From NCBI GenBank assembly GCA_036172245.1, contig JAYWIR010000053.1, positions 248,001-312,000 of the forward strand: a DNA stretch of 64,000 nucleotides. The letters run 5' to 3'. The notes beneath the pieces are model-generated. The model was given only the letters and a program-made list of their open reading frames with translations, was not told the origin of the DNA and made no database searches. Source of the stretch: Raillietiella orientalis (taxonomy: Eukaryota). Of the stretch, positions 46,621-57,354 are shown in pieces; positions within the stretch are counted from its first letter, which is position 1; each line of letters starts with the position of its first letter. The position numbers were made by a program, and so were the translations under genes.

Positions 46621-48242
46621 TATTCCTGGGAAGATGGCGATGCGGCGTCCGCCACCTGTTGGGGCGGGACGCGAGGTGGAGGAGGAGGGTCAGGCGCTGC
46701 GTGCACCTGGTCCCCCTCCTCCATGGGTAACGGCGCGTCGAGGGGGTCACCCTTAGGTGGGGTCGCGCCTACCTGTTGGCCCTCCTCCATGGGGGCGGGC
46801 TGTTCAGGCTCGGCGACTGCAGGGAGGACTTCGCCCCCCTGCTCACCCTCCTCCATGGGGGTGGCCGGCTCGACGGCTTCCGAGCGTGGGAGTTCCCCCT
46901 CCGGGATTCCCACGCCACCGCTACCTTCCTGCTTCTCCTCCTCGCTGGTGGAGGGGAGGCGCCTCCTGGGTTTCTGGGACTTGCGTCCCGACTTCCTGGG
47001 GGGTGCCTCCGAGGAGGAGGATGCACTTCCGGCCCCCAGGTCCGACTCCCCTGTGGGGGCCTTTTTCGCGGGAGCCGGCCTTCGCACGGCCTTGCGTGAG
47101 GGGTTCTCACGCTCCGCCAGCGTGGCCGCGAGCTCCTCCGCCGCCTTTGCGAACGCGGCGTCCGCAGTGTCGACCGGCGCGTCGCGCGGCTCACCCTCTG
47201 TGTAAACAGAGGGTTCGTCGTCGCGAACCTCGGGCGCGGCGGAAACGGCGAGGGAAGGCTCGTCGCCCCGGGTGGCAATCTCGGGAACGGCTATGCGCTC
47301 CAGTGCTACCGTACACTCCCGCATGGTCTTAGAGCGCGGCCCAGGTTTTTTCGCCTTGCCGGCTGTCTTTTTTACCGCTTTTGCGGGTTCCGCGGGGTGC
47401 ACCTTTTTCTCCTTCCTGGCCTTGACCAGCTGCCAGCCGTCTTGGACTCCCGCGTCTTCGGAGGGTTTTTCTTCCGACGCCTGTGTGGGAGGAACAGGGG
47501 CTAGCGGCTGCTGCCGGCCAGTCTCTCTTTTTGGTCTTTCGACCAGTTTACTGCGTTTTGCCTGTGCTTTTTTTGCAGCAGGCGGCACCGGAGTGGGGCG
47601 TTTAGGGCATACGCGGCGTACGTGGCCCTTCTCCCCGCATAAGTGGCACACAATGGTCGGGCACCGCTTGCGCAAGTGTCCTACTGCATTGCAGTAGCCA
47701 CAAAAGCGGGGTTTCCCCACGTACCAGAGGTCTACGACTTCGCCATTGACCTCTAGTTTGTGGGGAAGCCCACTCTCGTTCACCGTCACGCGCGCGGCGG
47801 CCTGCCCTCCGAACAGGCTATCGTAGCCATCGAAGATTGTGGCCTTTGGCCAAAGCGCGTGAACATCCCCGTGCTTTCTTAACTGATCACCAACCGCAGA
47901 CCGCGTCATGCGGCTGGTGATCCCTGTCAAATGGACCACTACGGAGCGGTCCATCGTGACTGGTAGGATCTTGCGTCCGTCCACGTTCAGCGGGGTGGTT
48001 ATCAAGCTTTGCGCTAAGGTGATGTCCTTGCAGACAACCTCACCGCGCTGACCCCCGCTTAGCACGGATAGACCGTCAAGGTCCTTTTCTAACACGTTGG
48101 CGTTCTGTAGCGCTTTCGAAAAAGCGCGTGCAGTTCGCCCGTCAAAGAGATTGCCTACCTGGTAAACCAAGCTGGGCTTGTACCCAGCTGCCCGGTAGGC
48201 CGCCATCTCGGCCATGGTTTCCGCGCTCGGCGCGGCCACCAT
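46620..48242 (-). CDS. LINE ORF1 gag-like protein (540 aa from an internal ATG; the homologous start at 48374 is cut off by TGG>TGA at 48249-48251)
   Basis: CGYCNAVGHLRKRCPTIVCHLCGEKGHVRRVC; comparison with the 12427 copy (KARSWSAMVAAP). Confidence 0.85.
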   Translation of the reverse strand: MVAAPSAETMAEMAAYRAAGYKPSLVYQVGNLFDGRTARAFSKALQNANVLEKDLDGLSVLSGGQRGEVVCKDITLAQSLITTPLNVDGRKILPVTMDRSVVVHLTGITSRMTRSAVGDQLRKHGDVHALWPKATIFDGYDSLFGGQAAARVTVNESGLPHKLEVNGEVVDLWYVGKPRFCGYCNAVGHLRKRCPTIVCHLCGEKGHVRRVCPKRPTPVPPAAKKAQAKRSKLVERPKRETGRQQPLAPVPPTQASEEKPSEDAGVQDGWQLVKARKEKKVHPAEPAKAVKKTAGKAKKPGPRSKTMRECTVALERIAVPEIATRGDEPSLAVSAAPEVRDDEPSVYTEGEPRDAPVDTADAAFAKAAEELAATLAERENPSRKAVRRPAPAKKAPTGESDLGAGSASSSSEAPPRKSGRKSQKPRRRLPSTSEEEKQEGSGGVGIPEGELPRSEAVEPATPMEEGEQGGEVLPAVAEPEQPAPMEEGQQVGATPPKGDPLDAPLPMEEGDQVHAAPDPPPPPRVPPQQVADAASPSSQE

Positions 48243-48470
48243 GGCGCTTCAGCTCCTCGCCTTGAGCGGCGAGGGCGATTCCGGGGCGGACGCCCCTGAT
48301 TCTGTAGGCTGTGGGGGTGGGCAAGCCTCCCCCACACCTACCTCCATCGTGGTGTCCTCAGGCATCGCTGCCATCGGACACCAACGATGTTCCACACTAA
48401 CCAACACAACAAAAAAACCGCTTCCTGTCGACTCACTCGGGAGCGAAGGAAACACACGTCCACTCGCCAA

Positions 48471-51404
48471 GGGATTCGGCGAGGGTGTCCGGAACGAGCG
48501 GGCGTACCTACAGGCGCGCCGTTATTCCCGGCGTCCCGACGTCCGTCGCCTGGCTGAATTCAAGGCTGAGGCGGAGAGGCAGGCCTGGCAGTCAGGCTCG
48601 GCCTGCCTGCTGGATCATCAGAGCCAAGAACGCTCCAGCCCAGCCCAGGTAAGCCGCATCGTGCGGGAGTTTTATTCCTCCTTGTACGCGCCACTAACAC
48701 CTGAGCGCTATTTCGCGCAGCGCCTGCTGCCGGATGGTGCTCCCGCGCTCAAGGAGGAGGACCGTTCCAGATTGGCGGAACCGTTCACGATGGCGGAGAT
48801 CATCTCCGCCATCAACAGGCTAAAGAGAAGGAAGGCACCAGGGGAGGACGGCCTGCCCGCGGAGTTTTACCATCGCTTCGCGCCAGAGCTGGCCCCCCTG
48901 GTGCTCAGGTTAAGTGCGCTGATCCGCGAACACGGCGAAGTTCCCGCCTCGTTCCGGTCAGCTAAAGTACGTCTCCTGCCGAAGTCAGGAGACTTACGCA
49001 ACATTGGCAACTGGCGTCCCATCCCAGTAGTGAATGCGGACGCAAAGTTGTATGCCAAGTTGTGGGCTGAGCGTTTGGGGCGGGTGGCCGCTTCCGTGGT
49101 GAGTCCCGAGCAGACCTATGCTGTTCCCGGACGAACCATGGAGGCCAACCTGCTCCTCGCCAGTTCATGGTGGCAGTTGCGACAACGCGTTGCACAGGAC
49201 GGTCAAGGATGCCTCGCGCCCCCCTCTGACCGAGAAGATCGGGCAGAGGGTGGGATGGTTACGGCGGGAGCCTTTGCCGTCGCGGTCGATTTGCACAAAG
49301 CATTCGACTGCGTCGACCAGGATCTCTTTCTGGAGCTCCTGGAACGCATGGGTTTCCCTGCCGTGCTTCAATCTTACCTGCGCTCCTGCTGGCGCAACGC
49401 GTCAATCAATATCGGTTTCAGCGGCCGGCACGTGTACGGCGTGCCCGTACGCCGCGGCATCCGGCAGGGTGACTGCCTGAGCCCCTTGCTCTTCAGCATC
49501 TACTTCGAGTTGGTGCTGAGGGCATACAGGGTAACTCTGGCAACCCTGCCGAGCTCGTGTGCCGGCACGCCTGCCGTGTCGGCCTATGCAGACGATCTTC
49601 TGCTGCTGCTTCCCGGGTCCACCCCGGCGAGTGCGCTCGAGGACTTCTTCGAGTTGCTACGCCGCGGTACGGGCCTGGAGGTGAACAGGGCGAAGTCGTC
49701 CATGGTCTTCGTCGGTTCGGCGTGGGCTGGACGTTCGGATCGGATCCGCTTGGGGATCCCCACGGACAGGTGCTTCAAGTAACTAGGCGTTCCGATAGGG
49801 GACTTCTGCGCAGCAGAAGCCTGGTCCGACCGTATCCAAAAGGCAGCGTTGGCGACCGGTCCGTTCCAAGAAAGCAAGCTCTACGTGCAGGAACGGGCCG
49901 CGGTGTGGAACGCGTTTGCGGCCCCCCTTCTTCGCCCCCTACTTTTTGTGTGCCCCGCCCCTTATTTTATTCGAAAACAAGCAGCGGGCCTCCTGAGGAC
50001 AGTCCTTTGGGGCAAAGGGAGGTCCCATGTGAGGCTCAAGGACTTGTGCGCTCCACGTAAGGATGAAGGACTTGGCGTTCTTACGCTGGAGCGCATTGAA
50101 CTACAACTCAGGTTCAGGACTCTCGCCCTTACGGCGGAATTGTGAGACACGCCTTGGTGCGTTCCAGCACGCCTCCTGGCCCAACGAGCCTTCGGATTCG
50201 ACGGACTTTTGTCGTTTCTGCTGGCACGCGACCGCAGAGAAGCACACGGGTGCTTAATCCTGCGTCGCATGGAAGTTGCGGTACGGGAGAACGCCTGGAT
50301 CTCCTGCCGCCCAGGGAACTACTCTGCATGGCTGCACGAGTCAGTGTCCACCTGAGTAAAGATCCACGTTTTGGCGGGCACAAGAAACACTTGCCTGCAA
50401 AGGCACGCCCGCTGGAAACTGCAGGAGATCGTGCAGTCCCACGAAAAGCGCATGTGGGATTTGATAACCCCCCTTGCCCCAGTGCTGCCCTTCCTCATCG
50501 ACGCCAGGGACAGTAGGGAGCTTGGGAAATGGAACGTGTCCTGCACTATTGGAGGCAGGACACAAGCGATTATGGCGTGGACATCTCGGCAGCTAGCGGA
50601 CGCTGCGACGCCGAGAGTCCCGCCCAACGGAATTCGACGCTGGGGCGAGCTACGCGGACTATCTCCGGAGGAGATGAAGTGGCCCCCGGCGTCCTGGAAC
50701 AGTGGATCCCTCCCCCTGAAATGGCAGGATGTGGCGTTGCTTGCGGTCCTCTGGGGACTTCCATTCAAAGCACGCCTTCATCAGACAACTAGGGGGGCTG
50801 TGGATCCTTATTGTGACCGGTGCGGGGAAAAAGAGACCTTCCCCCACCTTCTCATCTAGTGCAGTGCCATCCGCCCTTTATGGGATCGCCTTACGGCGAT
50901 CCGGGACTTGCGCGGATGCGGCCCTAAGGACGTTTTTAGGCTCCTCTTCCGTAGTGACGCCTTGTCCCCGCCCTCTTCTGTAGCAGTCCTCTGCTGCATT
51001 CGAGGGATCGTGGCGGCTTGGAACGCCACCAGAAGAAGACGTCAGCCAACCGGCAACGCCTTACGGTTCACTCGCCTATTCGTCCGAGACGTCTGCAAGT
51101 GGCGCCACTTGGGCGCAGAGAGGACTCAGCTTGTACGGATCCTAAATAGGATCTAGAGGACCTATCCGCCAGCACGGTGATCCCCTCCCTGCCCTCCCAT
51201 TCCCGAAACATTTGCTCCCTCCCATACTTCAACTATTTGTTTGTTTTTTGTTTTCTTTCCCCAACCCCCTGCGGATCGGATGGACCTCTACGGCATAGCG
51301 CCGGTAAATACCAAAGACAAGTGGTGGACCTTTGGGTTCACCACGCGACAATTTATTGTGATTTTATTCTTTTGAATAAATGTCCCGGCATATCCGGGTG
51401 AAAA
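48471..51404 (+). mobile_element. B1 copy, right part (RT to 3' end), continuation of 35690-37129; several stops
   Basis: Resumes GFGEGVRNERAYLQARR; terminal hairpin at 51375-51404. Confidence 0.9.
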
Positions 51405-51441
51405 CACGGGGACGAGAGCGAAGAAAAACACGTCCGCACTC
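51405..51441 (-). mobile_element. 37-bp 5' terminal remnant of a family E copy
   Basis: CACGGGGACGAGAGCGAAGAAAAACACGTCCGCACTC matches 57318-57354 with one mismatch. Confidence 0.85.
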
Positions 51442-51450
51442 GATTGAAAT
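51442..51450. repeat. Target-site duplication GATTGAAAT (second copy at 57355-57363)
   Basis: Exact 9-bp repeat flanking full-length E. Confidence 0.88.
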
Positions 51451-54400
51451 TTATCACCCGGTCACGCCGGGGCGTTTATTAATAATAATAAACTGGTCAG
51501 GGACAATGTCCCCAACCAACAGAACGACAGAGAACATAGAAAAATTACCGCCACGCAGGCCTGGTAAACAAACCGCTCGCAGCGTGGGGGGAATGAGGGG
51601 AAACAAACAAAAATCAAAAACTGGAGGGAAGGGTAACGGGTTTTTGGTTAGGCTCCGTACTCACGGGGATTTATACGATGAGCACCTAAAATGTTCCGGA
51701 GCCTATGGGGACGCGGGTGTAAAAAGAAAATACAAATTTAGTTTATGGAGTGTAGGGCAATGATCACCGGGTTGGCCGCTGATGAGGGTGTGTAAACCGG
51801 CGGTGTATTGCGGCGAGATTCCTCTTTGTCTCCTCTGTCAAATGAGGCCATCTAGCGGATGCTCCCATGTAGAAGGATGCTTTGCTGATTACTTCTTGGT
51901 GCTGTCCGTTGATTACCAACGCCTGGCGGACGGAAACTATCGCGCGTATGCAACCGATGGTTGCAATCCTTGCGCTTAGTGAAAGCCCGCTCGGCGTGAA
52001 GAATCGTCGCAGCACGTCTCTTGCGGTGTCCACGGGATGCAATAGTGCTGTTGCCAGCCTACGCCACAGTCCTTGTAGGACACCGCAGTCCAGAAGTAGG
52101 TGTGGAATCGACTCCGTCGATCCGCACCGAACGCAGTTCGCAGACGCAAGTCCCCGGAGTCACGATGCCAACGCTCGTTGCACTGAAAACCCCAGTGAAC
52201 GAAAAGCAGCACGGCTTGTTTCCAAGCAAGGGGGAGCAGCGAACTGTCCATACACTGAGGAGGGACTACAAGTTCTTCGGGGGTGACAGCAAGTTCTTCT
52301 GCCCACCGGAGGAGTCCCTTTGCAGTAACACGAGGAGTGGCGGCGTCCGCCAACTCACTTGTCTTCCAGGTGCCAAGGAGTTTGGTTCTTCCCGCTATCG
52401 TGCAGGAAACCACCCACCTCGCCGGTTGGTAACTGTCGTTTCTTGCCCTGAGGGCAGACAGCGCTGCGGCAAGAGGCGTGGCAGCCAGGGTAGAAAACTT
52501 CACCTCGTCCTGCAGTACTTCTTCCAAGGATCGTAGAAAAAATTGGCGCAGGGGGCGAAGATCTTCAGGGCGTATTCCTTGGAACGCCGCCCAGGATTCA
52601 ACAGACTCCTGCCGCCAAGCTTCAAAGTTCATTGGGCGGCAGGAGATCCAAGAGTGTGCTTCCAGAAGTGCGGTCAACTGCCGCAATGGAAACCTGAAAC
52701 CCCGCTTCCTGTATTGAGTGCCCGGCAAAAGCGAGAGAAATCCTCCGCTGCCGGCGCATCTCCGCAGGAGAATGCGAGCTGGCACACACAGGGGGGATGT
52801 CCATAGCTGGGCACACAGTGCCAGCAGTCGGAACTGCACCTGCAGTCCGATTCGTTCCATTGTCAGGATACCCAAACCAGCATCCCGACGCGGAGCTGAC
52901 AAATCTTTAAGGCGGATCCTGGATCTCGCCGGACCTCAGAGAGCGTTCCTGAGCAGGCGTTTAGCCCGCTGTTTTGCCGCATAGGGGGGTCCAAAACAAA
53001 AAACAGGGGACGGAGGAGGGGGGCCACAAAGGTGTTCCAAATAGTCGCCCGTTCCTGCAAGGTAAACTTGCCGTTGAAGAACGGGCTGATGGCCAACTCT
53101 GCTTTCTGAAGACAGTTCGCCCACGCTTCGGCTGCGCCGAAAGCGCCCAACGGAACGCCAAGGTACTTAAAGTACCCGCCCGTGGGAATCCCCAGGCGGA
53201 TCCAGTCGGACTGCCCCTCCCACGACGTACCCACAGGAACGACCACGCTCTTCTCTCTGTTCACGCTCACGCCCGCTCCTCGACGAATCAGGTCGAAGAA
53301 ATCCTCGACACTGGACGCCGGGGTGGACATGGGGAGCAGAAGAAGCAGGTCATCAGCGTAGGCGGCCACGGCAGGCGTTCCCGGGCAGGAGCTTGTCAAG
53401 TGAGACAGCGTCAGCCTGTATGCTCTTAGCACCAACTCAAAGAAGATGCTGAAGAGCAACGGGCTTAAGCTGTCGCCCTGTCGGATGCCCCTACGAACGG
53501 GAATACCATACACGCGGCAGCCGCTAAAGTGATGCAGGTTAGCGCGTGGCGCCAGCACGCGCGCAAATACAGCAGGAGTTGCGCCGGGAACCCAAGGCGT
53601 TCCATAAGCTCCAAAAGCAGCTTCTGGTTTACGCAGTCGAACGCCTTGTGGAGATCGACCGCGACCGCCACGGCACCTGGCGTTCCCTCCTGCCGTCGGC
53701 GCCTGTTCTTTTTGCCTGCGGCAGTGACTTTCGCAGCAGCCTGGCTTTGCTGCGCCACAACTTCCTGCAGCTGCATCCATGTACGGGCGAAAAGGATGTT
53801 CGCCTCCATGGATCGTCCCGGAACCGCGTAGGTTTGTTCCGGGCTCACCACAGATTCCGCGATTCTTCCTAACCGCGCGACCCACAGCTTGGAAAACAAC
53901 TTGACGTCCGAGTTCACCAAGGTGATCGGACGCCAGTTGTTAAGTTGGCGCAAGTCTCCGCCTTTCGGCAGGAGACGCACCTTCGCTGAGCGGAAGGAAT
54001 CAGGGACATTCCCGGATTCACTCATCAGCGTCGCGAGTTTCAGCATCAAAGGAATTAGCTTAACTGCAAAGCACTGATAAAACTCTGCAGGGAGCCCATC
54101 CTCGCCTGGCGCCTTTCGTCTCTTCAGCCCAGCGATGGCGGACGAAAATTCATCCGCCGTGAAGGGCTCGTCGAGACGTTCGCGTTCCTCCTCGCCGACA
54201 ACACGAGCATCCTGAGACAGGAGTATCTCAGAAAGAATATCCTCCGTCGGGGATTCTGCGTAGAGCGAGGAGTAGTAGCGTCTCACAATGCGGCGTACTT
54301 CGGCTGGGGCCGAACATTCCTGGCCTTTGTCGTCCAACAGGCATGCTGCTCCGGACTGCCAGACCTGTCGCTCGGCCCTCGCCTTGTACTCTGCGAGACG

Positions 54401-57354
54401 CCCGACATCCGCGCGTCTCGAAAACGTGCGGGCCTGCAGAAAGTCTCTACTGTTGGCCACGCCCTCTACGAAACCGCGTGGAAGCCGGTGCAAGGGGAAT
54501 TGGCAGCAGAACTCGCGGACAGATCTTTTGAGATCGTCCCAGTCCGCAAGTTCTTGAATGGCAAAGCCTCGGAGGTATCCACGTAGATGCTCCGCAGCCT
54601 CCGGTTGGCTAAGCCAATCCGCCTGCATCCTCCAGATTTGCAACGGAGGCCCCCTGCCTGGCGGAAGGATCTCAAACTCCAACCTGTGGTGGTCAGAAAG
54701 CTCAGTCAACAATCTTCCTCTCCTACCCACACGCGAATGCAGGTTTTCATCGAGGAAAACGCGATCGAGCGATCTTTCCATTCCAGGTTCGCTGACCATC
54801 AAGTTGGCGGCGTGCACGGACGCGCACATCTCGATGGGCAGCGCGCGCTTCCTCGGGCGGCTCCAATCGTCGGAGAGCAGGCGGACGTTGAAGTCCCCAG
54901 CGACGAGGTGCGCCACTTGGAAACCGGAGTTGTTGAGCCAGTGGCTCTGCACCTCACCAAAGAAAGCTACTCTTCCTTCGAGGTAGCGAGAGCCACTCGG
55001 CGCGTAGACGTTCGTAACGACGAGATCGATGGACTCGGACCACTTGATGACAAGCTGGCCTATCCGTCCGTTGTCATCGAAACGAACACTACGCACCGCT
55101 TCCGCCATTTTTCCTCTTACGTGGAACGCGACGCCGCACGTGTGTGCGCCGCCGCACCGCCAATGTAGCGTTCCGCCTGCGCGCTCCTCGATTTCGGCTG
55201 CCTGCTCGTCGGAGATTACGTGAATCTCCTGCAGCAGCGCGAGGTCGAAGGGGCGCAGGGCGTTGGCTACTAATCGCCTCTTCTCGTCGTTCTGCAGTCG
55301 GTTCACGTTCCAACACGTTACGGACAGACGACGAGAAGACGCGATTCCTCGCATTACTGCTGGGAAGGTGGCGGCTTTTTGCTCGCTTTATCCGGCGAGC
55401 AGACGGCGAGCAGCACGACTGGCTGGAGGGGACGGTCGCCACCGTCCTCTGTCGTGCTTCATGCATGTAATGCCTCCACGCCAGGCTGAACCCCGTCGGG
55501 TTTCGTGGAGACTTCGCGTTGCTTCGCGGCGAGCGTTGCCTGGCTGCCTACTTTGGATCGGCGCGCACACGCTTTCGAACGAGTTGTCCTCGTCTCGGTG
55601 ATCGGAACGGCATCCATTTCGGAGTCCGACCGGCGCATGTTCGATCGGGTTTCGGCCTTCCGCGAAGCAGTGACAGGTTCTGCTGGATTAACAGCTGTCC
55701 TGTTTTCGTTTTCCGTCACCAGAGCATCGCTTTTGGTGACGGCTGCTTTCCCGGCGCGCGCGTTTTCAGCGTGCTCACGCGCAGTTGCACGAGGGACCTT
55801 TGCTGAAGTCTTCTTTACTTCATTACGGTTCCTCACTTCGCGTGGCGCTGTAAATGGAGATTGTGCTCCATGGCCATCTTTGAAGCCATCCGCGTCTTTG
55901 GACGGGAGCACTTTGGATGGCTTCGACACGCTCGTCATGGACGCTGCCTTCGGAAGGGCTTTTAATCCCTTCGTTGGCATGGCATCCGCGCCAGTCGAGA
56001 GCTTGCTCTCCGACTGCGACGGCGTGAGATTTTTCTCCGCTTTCGCGGTGTTGGATCGCGACGCGGATTTTTTTTTGCCGACTTCCGAAGTCGACACGGC
56101 ACAACCCTTCTTACCCGATTTGGGCTTCGCAGCCACTGCAGGAGGTGAAGGAATGGATCTGACGGTACTGGAAGTGTCCTTACCGCCGTTGTCCATTGGC
56201 ATCCCCGCCGGTTGCTCGAAGTCCGAAAGAGCCGGGCGTGCTTGGGAAGGACAGCTATTGCACCTAGGGGGACTTACCATTGCCCCGGATTCCCCGCACC
56301 CTTTCTTTTGCGGCTCCTCTGCCGCGAGAGGGGGCGCGCAGGGCTTCGCCTGCGAGGTTTCCTGCTGCTTTGGGGCGACATTCCGCCTCGCGATTTTTCG
56401 GAATTTCTGCCGTGGGGTCTCCAGGATTTTCGCAGATTTTTTCTTTTTATCCGCGCTTTGTTTTTTAAAATGGAGCTCCGCGGCTGCCTTTTTTCGCAAA
56501 AGATCCTGGCAAATTTTTAATTGGTGCCCGGATAGTTTGCAATAACGGCATTTTCCAGAGGGGCATTTATCCAAACAATGCCCCTCCTTCCCGGATTGCT
56601 CGCACGTTCTTACTTTCCAAACGAACCACAGGTGAACGACCGTGTCTTTCACCTGTAGTTTGATGGGCAGCAGACGGCGGTCCGGCATTGTAAGCCGGAC
56701 TCCAGCGACTCCGCTGTGTATGGACGGGAAGTCCTTGAGGTTGCTACGCACCCTCCACAGCGCATGGACCGTGGCGAATTTCGCCAACGCGTTCCGAATA
56801 TCAGTATCGGAGATTTCCGACTCGATGTCGAAAATCTCCACCACAAATGAGTCGTCCATGGCGGTCGGGAAGACCTTCTGGCCACGGATCGACAACGGGG
56901 TGCGCAGCAAGCGTTGCACAAGTGCAGCGTCTTTGCAACGCACCTTGAAATAGCCCATGTCTTTTACGGGCATAATGGCGAGAAGGTCCTCCTCCCGCAC
57001 GCCAACACGGGTCAGTTCATCGTTGAACTGATTCCCGTCGCGCGCAGAAAGAAAACCACTCACCTTATATCGGAGTGCAGGTCTATAGCCTTGGGCTACG
57101 TATGCCCGCAACTCCGACTCGTCGAGAGGTTTCCCTTTGACGGCTGCTGTGGCAGCAACGTCAGCAAAACTCCTCTCCATTGGCGAGAAAGACGAAGTGG
57201 AGGCGGCCGTCGGTTCCGCGATTGCAGATCCAGATGCTGTTCCTCCAACTTCAGTAGCTTCAAGTTGGGTCGACATCGTCGTCAAAATGTACGACGCCAA
57301 GATGAAGCGGATGAAAGCACGGAGACGAGAGCGAAGAAAAACACGTCCGCACTC
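51451..57354 (-). mobile_element. Full-length family E LINE (5904 bp); ORF1 (ATG 57276) and ORF2 (55354-51764) carry frameshifts
   Basis: All EN, RT and zinc finger motifs; TAATG junction; exact 9-bp flanking repeat GATTGAAAT at 51442-51450 and 57355-57363. Confidence 0.94.
57336..57354 (-). promoter_or_regulatory. Conserved 5'-terminal motif (G/A)GACGTGTTT, putative internal Pol II promoter element (representative copy)
   Basis: Motif or close variant near every element 5' end; promoter function is inferred. Confidence 0.55.

Larger units (their letters stand above)
42818..48470 (-). mobile_element. Full-length family C1 LINE, copy B (5653 bp, near intact)
   Basis: 5' TTGGCGAGTGGACGTGTGTTTCC, ORF1, ORF2, 3' AATAAACGCCCCGGGCGTACCCGGGTGGCAA; flanked by 11-bp target repeats. 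Confidence 0.95.

Noticed and set aside
46615..46660. Canonical -1 ribosomal frameshift signal at the ORF1/ORF2 overlap
   Set aside because: No X XXY YYZ heptamer in the right frame is conserved across copies; kept only as an alternative to reinitiation.
37130..48470. LTR retrotransposon or LTR-like direct repeats
   Set aside because: The repeats are whole LINE copies; no protease, integrase, primer-binding site or TG...CA termini seen.
55505..56545. Long antisense ORFs over ORF1 (also 26604-27548, 46174-47205, 23748-24518)
   Set aside because: Shadow frames of GC-rich, Ala/Pro/Ser-rich coding sequence with no recognisable motifs.
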